This document shows, piece after piece, positions 38,784 through 47,924 of a stretch of DNA of 64,000 nucleotides. How positions within the stretch are numbered: position 1 is the stretch's first letter; every line of letters begins with the position of its first letter. Made by a program: the position numbers and the translations under genes. Source of the stretch: an uncultured virus (IMG/VR IMGVR_UViG_3300031612_000002) (taxonomy: Duplodnaviria; Heunggongvirae; Uroviricota; Caudoviricetes); the IMG/VR virus record IMGVR_UViG_3300031612_000002, positions 1 to 64,000 of that record. One strand, 5' to 3'. The notes under the pieces were generated by a model. That model saw only the letters and a program-made list of their open reading frames with translations. It did not search any database and was not told the origin of the DNA.

Positions 38784-40178
38784 ATGAGCGAAACAAAAGA
38801 ATATACAGTGGAACTACAGCAACTTTTTATTGAGTTCCTGGCACAAGATAAAGATCTATTCCTACGAGTGAATAATATTTTAGAAGCAAGTTACTTCGAT
38901 AGAACACTCAGGAAGACAGTGCAGTTTCTTCAAGATCATGTATCATCGTATGGTGCATTGCCCACGACAGATCAGATCAAAGCACTCACTAGCATTAAAC
39001 TGGCTGGAATTGGCGATACTGTCGATGATAGGCATAAGAGTTGGTTTATTGATGAATTTGAAACATTCTGCAAGCATAAAGCATTGGAAGCAGCAATTCT
39101 TCAAAGTGCAGATCTTGTAGAAAAAGGTGAATTTGGCGAAGTAGAGCGCATCATTAAAGAAGCAGTGCAAGTAGGTCTTGCGAAGCATATGGGTATCAAC
39201 TATTGGGATGATCCTAAAGAGCGTATTGAAGCAGCAAGGCATTCGCGAGCAGGTACAAGCACTGGTTGGAAGTCGGTTGATTATAAATTGTTTGGTGGAT
39301 TTAACCCAGGCGAGTTGAATATCTTCGCAGCAGCATCAGGTGGTGGTAAAAGTTTATTCTTACAAAACTTGGCACTTAATTGGTCATTGATGGGTAAGAA
39401 TGTTTTATATGTTTCACTAGAATTAAGTGAGTCATTGTCAGGTTTACGACTTGATGGTATGTTAACTGGTATGAATACAAAAGCGATCTTCAACGATGTA
39501 GAAGGTACAGCGTTGAAAGTAGGTATGCAAGGCAAGTCTGCGGGCAAACTACAGATAATTCAAGTACCCAACGGTATCACTACAAATGATTTGACAAGTT
39601 ACATGAGAGAATTTGAAGTTCAGAATGGTGTACGCATCGATGCTATGTTGGTTGACTACTTAGATCTAATGACTCCCGCAGGACGAAAGATCAATGCGAG
39701 TGACTTGTTTATTAAAGATAAGTATGTTTCTGAAGAATTGCGTAACTTCGCAGTAGAGAATAATGTATTGTTTGCAACTGCGTCACAGTTGAATAGATCG
39801 GCAGTTGAAGAAGTAGAATTCGATCATAGTCATATCTCTGGTGGTTTAAGTAAGATTCAAACAGCAGATAACGTAATTGGTATCTTTACAAGTCAAGCGA
39901 TGAGAGAGCGTGGTAGGTATCAAATTCAATTTATGAAGACACGTAGTTCATCTGGTGTAGGACAGAAAGTTGATTTAGCGTTTGATATAGAAGGGTTGCG
40001 AATTACCGACTTGCCTGATGATGAGCAAGATACTATAACGAATCAATCTAGTACAATATATGATAAATTAAAGAAGAAAAACACGATAGTTCAAAGTCCC
40101 AATGAGGCAGCGCCTGAGCCTACTAGTACAGAAGACCAATCAGCGCGTCTACGTAGTATTTTAAGAAAACAAGATTAA
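38784..40178 (+). CDS. Replicative DNA helicase (T4 gp41/DnaB family)
   Basis: STGW, AASGGGKS, YVSLELSE, VDYLDLM, TASQLNR and MKTR. Confidence 0.95.
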   Translation: MSETKEYTVELQQLFIEFLAQDKDLFLRVNNILEASYFDRTLRKTVQFLQDHVSSYGALPTTDQIKALTSIKLAGIGDTVDDRHKSWFIDEFETFCKHKALEAAILQSADLVEKGEFGEVERIIKEAVQVGLAKHMGINYWDDPKERIEAARHSRAGTSTGWKSVDYKLFGGFNPGELNIFAAASGGGKSLFLQNLALNWSLMGKNVLYVSLELSESLSGLRLDGMLTGMNTKAIFNDVEGTALKVGMQGKSAGKLQIIQVPNGITTNDLTSYMREFEVQNGVRIDAMLVDYLDLMTPAGRKINASDLFIKDKYVSEELRNFAVENNVLFATASQLNRSAVEEVEFDHSHISGGLSKIQTADNVIGIFTSQAMRERGRYQIQFMKTRSSSGVGQKVDLAFDIEGLRITDLPDDEQDTITNQSSTIYDKLKKKNTIVQSPNEAAPEPTSTEDQSARLRSILRKQD

Positions 40179-40181
40179 ATG

Positions 40182-40189
40182 CATAAATA
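40182..40189 (+). promoter_or_regulatory. T4-late-like promoter (cATAAATA)
   Basis: Heads the 40213-47136 gene block. Confidence 0.65.
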
Positions 40190-40212
40190 CACATAAGCAT
40201 GGAGACATTGAC

Positions 40213-40461
40213 GTGAAGAAACGAACTACATCATTATTAGAAGAAATTAATAATATTGCACCAGCCAGAGATACCGCACAATTAATAGAAAGCCGTGGTA
40301 TTAATGTATTGAGTAGTATGATCAATCTTCTTGAAATGATAGAACAGAATTATGATGCTGATATCGCGCAAGATTTACAAAAGCGTATGATATTAGATCT
40401 TAAAAATAGAGAACCAAGTCGTTTTGTGCGCGGTGTAAAAAAACTACGAGACAAAAAATGA
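40213..40461 (+). CDS. Hypothetical protein
   Basis: GTG start after GGAG, 82 aa. Confidence 0.75.
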   Translation: MKKRTTSLLEEINNIAPARDTAQLIESRGINVLSSMINLLEMIEQNYDADIAQDLQKRMILDLKNREPSRFVRGVKKLRDKK

Positions 40462-41690
40462 AAATTTCAGAAATTATTAATATTACAGGCAAGAAGAAGC
40501 GTGAAGCAAGAGATGCAAGAAATCGCAGATTGAAGTCTGGATCAGATTTATACGATGTTGATGTATCCGAGTTGGGAGAATCAGTACTATCAGAAAGTCG
40601 CATACAGCACGTAGAAGACTTGATATTTTTCCAAGGCAGCAATGGTGCTATGAGAGCAGTTGAAGCACTTCGCAGTATGTCAGGAGATGATCATAAAGCA
40701 GTAACACTTAAATGGGATGGAAGTCCTGCAATGGTATTTGGTCGCGATCAAGACGGTGAGTTTATATTCACAGACAAGTCAGGATTTTCAGCAGTTAAAA
40801 CAGATGGTAAGGCAAAGAGTCCAGAACAACTACAAGATATTATGCTTAGTCGTAGTGGTGGTAAGTTCCGTGAAGACCCAAAGCGCATGGCATTTGCAAA
40901 ACAGTTATCAAATTTGTTTACTATATATGAAAAAGCAGTACCGACTGACTATAGAGGATTCTTTAAAGGCGATCTATTATATCAATCAACGCCTCAAGTT
41001 GTCGAAAAGAACTATGTGTTCAAGCCAAACGTAGTTGAGTATGCAGTAGATGTAGAAAGCGATTTAGGTAAGCGCATTGGTGCAAGTACATCTGGTATTG
41101 TGATACATAGAGAAGAAGATGCCAATGGTAACGAAGGACCTTTGAGTAACATCGACTTGTTTAACAACCAAAAAGATGTATTGGTAGTACCAAGTGTAAC
41201 CACAGAACAACCTGTCGAAGTTGATACAGGTGCAATTGACCAACTTGAACAAATAATTAAAAAGAATGCAGCAGGCGTTGATGAACTATTAAATGACAAC
41301 ACGCTAACCACACAGAAAATGAAAGTATTGCCCGAATTACTATACGCATATATGAATAGTAAGGTAGACACGGGTCTAACTAAGTTAGGTGCAGATTTCC
41401 CAACTTGGTTAGAGAATAGAAAACAAGTTTCAGATAAAATGAAAGTCAAAGTATTAGAATATATTGGTCAACATAAAGTTGCATTCGTTGCATTATGGAA
41501 TGTAGTAGCAGCAGTTATGGCTACTAAAGACGATATCATTGGTAAATTTGATAGTCAAGGTGGACAAGTGAAGCAAAGCATTAACGGTCAGCCAGGCGGA
41601 GAAGGTTACGTACTCGCTCATCCCAAAGGTGATATGAAGTTAGTTCCAAGAGCAACGTTTAGTGCAGCAAATAGAGGAGTGGTAAGATAA
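40458..41690 (+). CDS. Ligase/nucleotidyltransferase-fold protein (RNA ligase-like), probably virion-associated
   Basis: TLKWDGS (motif I KxDG), FKGDLLY (III), GEGYVL (IV) and MKLV (V); N-terminal MKISEII leader. Confidence 0.6.
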   Translation: MKISEIINITGKKKREARDARNRRLKSGSDLYDVDVSELGESVLSESRIQHVEDLIFFQGSNGAMRAVEALRSMSGDDHKAVTLKWDGSPAMVFGRDQDGEFIFTDKSGFSAVKTDGKAKSPEQLQDIMLSRSGGKFREDPKRMAFAKQLSNLFTIYEKAVPTDYRGFFKGDLLYQSTPQVVEKNYVFKPNVVEYAVDVESDLGKRIGASTSGIVIHREEDANGNEGPLSNIDLFNNQKDVLVVPSVTTEQPVEVDTGAIDQLEQIIKKNAAGVDELLNDNTLTTQKMKVLPELLYAYMNSKVDTGLTKLGADFPTWLENRKQVSDKMKVKVLEYIGQHKVAFVALWNVVAAVMATKDDIIGKFDSQGGQVKQSINGQPGGEGYVLAHPKGDMKLVPRATFSAANRGVVR

Positions 41691-42382
41691 TGTCAGATGA
41701 ATTAGAATTTATGCAAACTCTGGGCGAAGCAAGAATGTTCAGAACAAGAAATCAAATTGCTAGTGCAGGAGCGAGGGGTTTAACTGATCATTTGTTCGTT
41801 AGTCTTATGAGTCTATATGCAATGAGCAATGATTACAATTATGCACCTGTTGCAAAGGCATATGCACAACGAACCACTGCGATGGGCAATTTCAATCGTC
41901 CAAGTCCAAGCAGTCCAGATTTATATCAAACAATTTTTAGTATTCAGCGTCCAAGTGAAATGTTTAGTGACGAGAAAGACACTATGTTGATGGGCAAAGT
42001 AAAGATTGATACTCCGAAGATAAAGCAATTCTTACAAAAGATCAAAACTGGTAATATGAGTCCAGCAGTGGCTCAGCAGTTCTTTTTTAAGTTAGAAAAA
42101 GATTTAAAGATTCAAGATCCTAAGTTGCGTGCAGCACGTCGACTAACACAAGATTGGACTAAATTGTCAACACAGCAACAGCAATTGGTTACAACTCAAT
42201 TAATGAGATATTTCAGAATGAATGCTCGTCGTAGTGACTTGATGCCATTATATTCAAAGTTTGCAAAAGACAAAGGTCTTGAGATTAACGATGCTAAGAA
42301 ATCAAGCATTGGTAACACATTGGCAAAGGGCGCCGCTGCATTTGCAGTTGGTTACGCCGCTGGTAAAGCGTTAGAACTTTAA
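41690..42382 (+). CDS. Hypothetical protein
   Basis: Translationally coupled; C-terminal GAAAFAVGYAAG glycine-zipper-like helix. Confidence 0.75.
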   Translation: MSDELEFMQTLGEARMFRTRNQIASAGARGLTDHLFVSLMSLYAMSNDYNYAPVAKAYAQRTTAMGNFNRPSPSSPDLYQTIFSIQRPSEMFSDEKDTMLMGKVKIDTPKIKQFLQKIKTGNMSPAVAQQFFFKLEKDLKIQDPKLRAARRLTQDWTKLSTQQQQLVTTQLMRYFRMNARRSDLMPLYSKFAKDKGLEINDAKKSSIGNTLAKGAAAFAVGYAAGKALEL

Positions 42383-42383
42383 C

Positions 42384-42791
42384 ATGCGCATTGAGCATGT
42401 ATTATACACGCTGGTTGATATTACTGATACTGGCGTTAATAATCCTAAAGGTTCCACTATGGAATTCCGTCAAGCCCAAAATTTAAATTCATTGATACAG
42501 GTGTTGAGTATGCGTACCCAGCCATTAAACCTAATTGTGACGAAACTTGAAAATGCGTCAATGAGTGAATATAAATTTGGTTCAAAATTCAAAGATACTC
42601 ATTCTGTATGGAAATTAATATTCACGACAGATTCACAAGATGCATATCGTTCAGGTGATGGTAAATACACACATTTAATAAATGACTGCAATAATGTTCC
42701 TATGCACACTGAATTAACTGAAACCATTAAATTCAATCCGAGTAGTATGTCCACACAGAATAAAAAAATCAAAAACATCTATTTTATATAA
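42384..42791 (+). CDS. Hypothetical protein
   Basis: YTLVDITDTG start, 135 aa. Confidence 0.75.
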   Translation: MRIEHVLYTLVDITDTGVNNPKGSTMEFRQAQNLNSLIQVLSMRTQPLNLIVTKLENASMSEYKFGSKFKDTHSVWKLIFTTDSQDAYRSGDGKYTHLINDCNNVPMHTELTETIKFNPSSMSTQNKKIKNIYFI

Positions 42792-42884
42792 TAAGCGTCT
42801 TTGCATAAATACTTAGAAGAGACGCAGAGCGTCCCAAGAATGAAAATCAGCTCTTTTGAAGACGCAGATAGTATGGAATCAATT

Positions 42885-43238
42885 ATGTCAATACGTCAGT
42901 CAAGATTAGAGCGTGAAAATCTCGAAGCCCATGTGGATTTATGTGCAGAGAGGTATCGCGTGTTAGAAGAAAAATTTACTAATTTGGAAGCGAAAGTTAA
43001 CGATTCCAATAAACGAATAGAAGAAAAGTTAGATGATAGTACTGAACGATTAGAAAAGAAAGTCGATCAAATATCAGATAATATGTCTGATATGATTGAG
43101 AGAAATCGTTTAGGCAAAGATAGCAATATGAGATTGATTGTAGCAGCAGCAGGAACGGTTATTGTAGGTTTAATATCAGTTGTTGGTATGTTGATGATAA
43201 ATTTACAGTCAATGACTCCAATAGCAGGGATCGGATAG
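42885..43238 (+). CDS. Coiled-coil protein with C-terminal transmembrane helix
   Basis: LEAHVDLCAERY coiled coil then IVAAAGTVIVGLISVVGMLMI. The late motif at 42804-42811 argues against the track start at 42801. Confidence 0.7.
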   Translation: MSIRQSRLERENLEAHVDLCAERYRVLEEKFTNLEAKVNDSNKRIEEKLDDSTERLEKKVDQISDNMSDMIERNRLGKDSNMRLIVAAAGTVIVGLISVVGMLMINLQSMTPIAGIG

Positions 43239-43241
43239 AAG

Positions 43242-43529
43242 ATGATACTTAATGAAGCATACAATACAGTTATTTCCGAATCAAAGGTAGTCTTTGCTAA
43301 GAGAGGAAATAAGGTTGTTAAGAAATTTAGATGTACCGTAGGGAAGCGTAAAGGTAGAGTTGTATCAAGTCCTCAGCAATGTGCCGCACCAATTGATATT
43401 AAAAAACGATTCTTAATGAAAAAGACAAAAGCATCTAAGGGTGCTAGGATGACGAAAAAAGCGCAAAAGACAAAGCGCGTCAATCCAACGAGTAAAATCG
43501 TAAAACAATTAAACAAATCGAGACGATAA
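43242..43529 (+). CDS. Small basic hypothetical protein
   Basis: Lys/Arg-rich; FRCTVGKRKGRVVSSPQQC. Confidence 0.75.
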   Translation: MILNEAYNTVISESKVVFAKRGNKVVKKFRCTVGKRKGRVVSSPQQCAAPIDIKKRFLMKKTKASKGARMTKKAQKTKRVNPTSKIVKQLNKSRR

Positions 43530-44449
43530 TGGAAATCAAGAACAATAGTATTATACATACAGTGCGCGATTATGCACTAGAGCAGTTTGGTGTAGAATTA
43601 ACTGATGAACAGATCAGTGCAGATCTAAGAGACTTGAATTTCTCTGGTACATTGCAATTAACTACAGCACTAAAGACAAATGACAATGATCTATTTACTA
43701 AGTATATCACTCTAGATCTCGATGAAGGGTATACAGTGCTTCCATCAATGGATAAAGAGCGTTATCAAGAGCGCAATGGTTTAGAAGGTCCGTTTATGTT
43801 GCGATCTGGTAAAGTAGTATATTATGATGCAACAGAAGGTCTATACTATGATCCAGATACTGATTACTATATGTCGTATGAAGAGTACGCACAGCATGAC
43901 AAAGATAGCAGAATGCAAGAGATGCAATCTCCTGGCGTTGTAGCAAATTTAAAAAATGAGCGCGACGATGAAGAACAATTAGACGAAATGTTACCGATTA
44001 TCGGAGCAATTGGCAGAGTCGCGCTAGGTTTGACTGTAAGAAGTTTGGCGGGCAAATCAACTCCTGCAACAACAACTACGTCACCAAAGGCGGGTCATCC
44101 CAGCGCACTGTCAAAGACTTCATCAGATAGGTATGACGAATCAAAGAAGTTCGTATCTCAAATGACTCCTGCTGAAAAGAAAGAACATGATGCTCGTCGT
44201 AAAGAGTATAATGCTCATCAGAAATCTCAGCGCAACGAAGAGACTATTGAAGAGCGTAAGGTAGCAGGTGCACCCGGCGGAAACGCAGCATACGGCAGTG
44301 ACACGGTATCTACTGGTCGTACGACATCTACTGATCCTGATGATGTACAGCAAGACGCAAACTCAGATGCATCAGCAAGCAATGCAGGCGCAGTTGGTGA
44401 TAATGCAAGTGCTATTGAAAAATTAAAGAAACTCGCAGGTCTAAAGTAA
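43529..44449 (+). CDS. Hypothetical modular protein, probable internal head protein
   Basis: Segments separated by xxE sites; C-terminal IEKLKKLAGLK. Confidence 0.65.
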   Translation: MEIKNNSIIHTVRDYALEQFGVELTDEQISADLRDLNFSGTLQLTTALKTNDNDLFTKYITLDLDEGYTVLPSMDKERYQERNGLEGPFMLRSGKVVYYDATEGLYYDPDTDYYMSYEEYAQHDKDSRMQEMQSPGVVANLKNERDDEEQLDEMLPIIGAIGRVALGLTVRSLAGKSTPATTTTSPKAGHPSALSKTSSDRYDESKKFVSQMTPAEKKEHDARRKEYNAHQKSQRNEETIEERKVAGAPGGNAAYGSDTVSTGRTTSTDPDDVQQDANSDASASNAGAVGDNASAIEKLKKLAGLK

Positions 44450-44658
44450 TGAAACTTGTCGAGTGTCCTGGAGGAATCTCAATCATATTATCAAATACTG
44501 AATATAAAGTATATGATAAGATTGTTGAAGAAACATGTAAATCAGATTTTACTGAGCGTGAAGCATTTGTTGCTAAATCATTAGTATCGAAAGGCGTTCT
44601 TACTAGAGTAGTAAGAGAAGGTAAGGTATATTTTAAGAGACTTAGAGGCAGTTTATAA
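44449..44658 (+). CDS. Small protein, winged-helix-like
   Basis: TEREAFVAKSLVSKGVLTR..GKVYF pattern. Confidence 0.6.
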   Translation: MKLVECPGGISIILSNTEYKVYDKIVEETCKSDFTEREAFVAKSLVSKGVLTRVVREGKVYFKRLRGSL

Positions 44659-45242
44659 TGAATCAAGAATCGCAGGACATGCTTAAAATATTGCAAAATT
44701 TAGAGAATGCTACGAATAACAAATCAGCACCTGTAATTGATGCAACTGGCAATTCAGTACCAACTAATATTAGTCAAGATGCTACAGAGATGTATAATAT
44801 TTTGGCTAAGTTACATAAAGTACAAGATGCAACTGAATCAGCAGCAAGTAATATTGTAACTGAATCGGTTAAGAAAGTATCACCAGAGAGTGTGGGCATT
44901 GATAAGTTCAATGTTGTATTAGAGAAGCACAATATATCTGGTTATGCAAAGACTTATTATACGGTTACAGAGAATGGTATTCGTAAATATGAAAATTTAG
45001 CATTATTTGAGTCAGCAATGGCAATCATCAAGAATGAATTATTCAAGAATGATACAAGCAAATCTAAATCCATTATTGATTATGATGCACGATATGCATC
45101 TGCACTAGAAGAAGCAGCATTGCAAAAAAGACGACAGAAAACATTGACTGAAAGTATTGAATCAGACATAGCAGCCGCAAAGCATAGTGTTGCAACTGAT
45201 AAGATGCATAAGATGAAGATTGCAATCAAAAAATTATTATAA
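44658..45242 (+). CDS. Hypothetical protein
   Basis: Coupled 194-aa ORF. Confidence 0.75.
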   Translation: MNQESQDMLKILQNLENATNNKSAPVIDATGNSVPTNISQDATEMYNILAKLHKVQDATESAASNIVTESVKKVSPESVGIDKFNVVLEKHNISGYAKTYYTVTENGIRKYENLALFESAMAIIKNELFKNDTSKSKSIIDYDARYASALEEAALQKRRQKTLTESIESDIAAAKHSVATDKMHKMKIAIKKLL

Positions 45243-45359
45243 ATAACAACTGCAACACCAATATATCGCCCAAGGGCACACCTCAATTCACATAAATATA
45301 TTTTAATTCAATTATACTGAGTTACAACTTAATTAAGTTAAGTTGTAATTTAGTTTTTG

Positions 45360-45367
45360 TATAAATA
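45360..45367 (+). promoter_or_regulatory. T4-late promoter (TATAAATA)
   Basis: Exact T4 late consensus; a second cATAAATA lies at 45291. Confidence 0.7.
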
Positions 45368-45400
45368 CATTATAATATATAATTTTAATGGAGCACTAAA

Positions 45401-46198
45401 ATGATTTTACACGATTTGCAAGAAGACAAATTTTCCAAGTTAACTAAAGCCTTGAACGAAGTTTTTGATATTAAATTCAATTTCGGAATGCAGCCAGCAA
45501 AACTGGTTAAGATTCAAGAAACAACTAATACTCGTATCACATTATTACGCGAATCTGGCGTAGATGTTAGTGCGAAAGATTTTCAAAAGTTACTTCTAAT
45601 ATCAGAAGGTATCAATATGGTACTAAGCGAAGTAGCAAAAACAACCCAAGGTACTAAAATGAAATTACAAGAATCACAAGATTTAGATCAAGCAGAAGTA
45701 TTACTTGCTGCTAAGCAAATGGCAGATGACTTACAAAAAATGGCTGAAAACTTAGCAAGTATGCAAGTTGAAGACCTTATGTCCATCACCAATGCTATGA
45801 AAGAAGAAGTAGGCACAGCAGAAGCAGAAGCATTCACTATGGCATCAGAAGCAGCAATTGGTGCAGCACTAGAAGCGGTTAAATCTGCTAACAGTGAAGT
45901 TACTAACGCATTACTAGTTGCACAGGGACAGCCAGTTGAATCTGGTGGATCAATGGATACACTTGATACTGATTTCGGTGACGAGTTAGACATGGGCGAC
46001 GAGTTCGCTGATGATGAATTAGAAATTGGCGATGACTTTGAAGGCGTTGATGCAGCATCTGGTGCAGAGAATCCAATTGGTCGCGAAATGAAAGAAGATA
46101 AGTATATTTCTGCAATGCGCATGGTTAAAGAAGCACAACAAGATGGACAAGTCAGCAAAGAATTGCTAAAGCAAGCATTTGCTACGTTGAGAAACTAA
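45401..46198 (+). CDS. Acidic coiled-coil protein, probable prohead core/scaffold
   Basis: LQESQDLDQAEVLLAAKQMADDLQKM helices; Asp/Glu-rich linker; GREMKE. Confidence 0.6.
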   Translation: MILHDLQEDKFSKLTKALNEVFDIKFNFGMQPAKLVKIQETTNTRITLLRESGVDVSAKDFQKLLLISEGINMVLSEVAKTTQGTKMKLQESQDLDQAEVLLAAKQMADDLQKMAENLASMQVEDLMSITNAMKEEVGTAEAEAFTMASEAAIGAALEAVKSANSEVTNALLVAQGQPVESGGSMDTLDTDFGDELDMGDEFADDELEIGDDFEGVDAASGAENPIGREMKEDKYISAMRMVKEAQQDGQVSKELLKQAFATLRN

Positions 46199-46199
46199 A

Positions 46200-46517
46200 A
46201 TGCGTTTTTCTGAAATCGTAGTTGAAGATACCAGTGATGTTAAATCAATTATCATTGATATTATTTCAGTTGCAGCAGCAGAAGGTATGTCTAGTTTGAG
46301 TATCGACACATTGGCAAAATCTCTTGCCAATATGGGGAATGAGATCGATCATTCAGTATTGTTTGATTTATTGGATACCATTCCTATAATTGATAATATC
46401 AAAGATGATGTTGTATTCTTTGGCAGAGATGGTAAAACATCATCCGAACCAAGTAAAGATCAACAAGACAAGCACATAGATAAAATGGCAAGAAAGCAAG
46501 TTAAAAAGGACATATAA
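46200..46517 (+). CDS. Hypothetical protein
   Basis: MRFSEIVVED leader. Confidence 0.7.
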   Translation: MRFSEIVVEDTSDVKSIIIDIISVAAAEGMSSLSIDTLAKSLANMGNEIDHSVLFDLLDTIPIIDNIKDDVVFFGRDGKTSSEPSKDQQDKHIDKMARKQVKKDI

Positions 46518-46518
46518 C

Positions 46519-47136
46519 ATGAGTGTAGGATTAAATGCATCCCAGGCAAGAGCAAACAGCAATCAAGATTTAACTATCTTCAATGAGACTGAATCAATAA
46601 TGAAAGCAATTATTGCAGATTCGGTTTCTGGGCTATATGAAACAACTGTGTCTGATGGGACAGTTATGACAGAATCTACACCAGATGTAGTTGTGTCGGG
46701 AACAGTTACGACTCCCACAATTGTTAATTCTACTACTGTCATCATTGAGGGAGTAACTGTTGTATTAGGTACAACTGGTACAAGTCTGAATGCGGTAATT
46801 GCAGACATAAATGATGCAGCAATTCCAAATGTTCTTGCATATAAAGAAAGCGATCAACTGCGATTAAAGATAACTGTTTCTGGTACTACCGATTGGCAAT
46901 ATACAATTGGTGCAGGTACTGCCAATACTAGTTTGGGATTAGCAGCAGGTACGTCAACAGCAACTAATCCATCAAGTGTTAGTTACTTTAATGTATGGCA
47001 AGGTACTGAAACGAATCGCGCAACATACTCAGATATGGATTCAGTCATCAAGCATTTCAGCAACCTCGGTTATAAGATCGAGCGTATCACAAATACGGTA
47101 ACAAGTAACACATTTTCGTGGTATATTTACTGGTAA
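46519..47136 (+). CDS. Hypothetical Thr-rich virion protein
   Basis: Thr/Ser/Gly-rich; LNAVIADINDAAIP segment; C-terminal W. Confidence 0.65.
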   Translation: MSVGLNASQARANSNQDLTIFNETESIMKAIIADSVSGLYETTVSDGTVMTESTPDVVVSGTVTTPTIVNSTTVIIEGVTVVLGTTGTSLNAVIADINDAAIPNVLAYKESDQLRLKITVSGTTDWQYTIGAGTANTSLGLAAGTSTATNPSSVSYFNVWQGTETNRATYSDMDSVIKHFSNLGYKIERITNTVTSNTFSWYIYW

Positions 47137-47150
47137 TCAGTAAATAACAC

Positions 47151-47179
47151 TTGACATAGGGGTATTATGATAGTATAAT
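47151..47179 (+). promoter_or_regulatory. sigma70-type promoter immediately before the nuclease ATG
   Basis: TTGACA-N17-TATAAT; ATG at 47186. Confidence 0.85.
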
Positions 47180-47185
47180 ATCTCT

Positions 47186-47875
47186 ATGGTAAATATTAAA
47201 ACCCCTTACGCTTATAGCGAATTAATCCGAACTTCTGTAAACGGTCAACGTTTATATAAGAACCCCTATGGTGAACCTGTCCCCAGTGTCACTACAGTCT
47301 TGTCTGCAACAAAACCAGCACGCGATCGAAAGATGTTATCTGATTGGAAAAAACGTGTAGGTGATGAAGCCGCCCAACAAATAGTGACTGAAGCATCAAT
47401 GGTGGGCACTCAGATGCACGCTATGCTAGAATCATATGTTAAAAATGAAGAATACGTGGGTAATGAAGAAACTGGTAAAACATTACTTCAATCTCGTATG
47501 ATGGCTGATGTTGTAATCAAGAATATTGATGCTGAACTGGATGAAGTATGGGGAGCAGAAGTTAGTCTATGCTATCCCCAATTATATGCAGGATCAGCAG
47601 ATTTATTAGGCGTGTGGAAAGGTAAGCCTACTGTAATGGATTTTAAGCAGACTAATAAGCCTAAGAGACGTGAATGGATTGGTGATTATTTTCTACAATG
47701 TACTGCGTATGCGTTGGCACACAATGAAATGTATGGAACTGACATAAAAGACGTTGCTATCTTCATGTGTAGCAGAGAAGGTCAATGGCAATTGTTTGAA
47801 ATGCAGATTGGTGAGTTCGCAGAATGGGAACTCAAATGGGCAAAAAGATTGGAAGAATACTACAATTTCTTATGA
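47186..47875 (+). CDS. PD-(D/E)XK exonuclease (phage Cas4-like family)
   Basis: PSVTTVL, GTQMH, EVSL..YAGSAD, MDFKQT and QCTAYA. Confidence 0.85.
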   Translation: MVNIKTPYAYSELIRTSVNGQRLYKNPYGEPVPSVTTVLSATKPARDRKMLSDWKKRVGDEAAQQIVTEASMVGTQMHAMLESYVKNEEYVGNEETGKTLLQSRMMADVVIKNIDAELDEVWGAEVSLCYPQLYAGSADLLGVWKGKPTVMDFKQTNKPKRREWIGDYFLQCTAYALAHNEMYGTDIKDVAIFMCSREGQWQLFEMQIGEFAEWELKWAKRLEEYYNFL

Positions 47876-47924
47876 TTTGGCGATCGTATTTTAATAAATA
47901 CATATACTAAAAAAGGTTAATACA

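Noticed and set aside
47186..47875. Cas4-like nuclease as evidence of a CRISPR-Cas system
   Set aside because: No array or other cas genes are present, and the Fe-S cysteine set is lacking; it is a stand-alone phage exonuclease.
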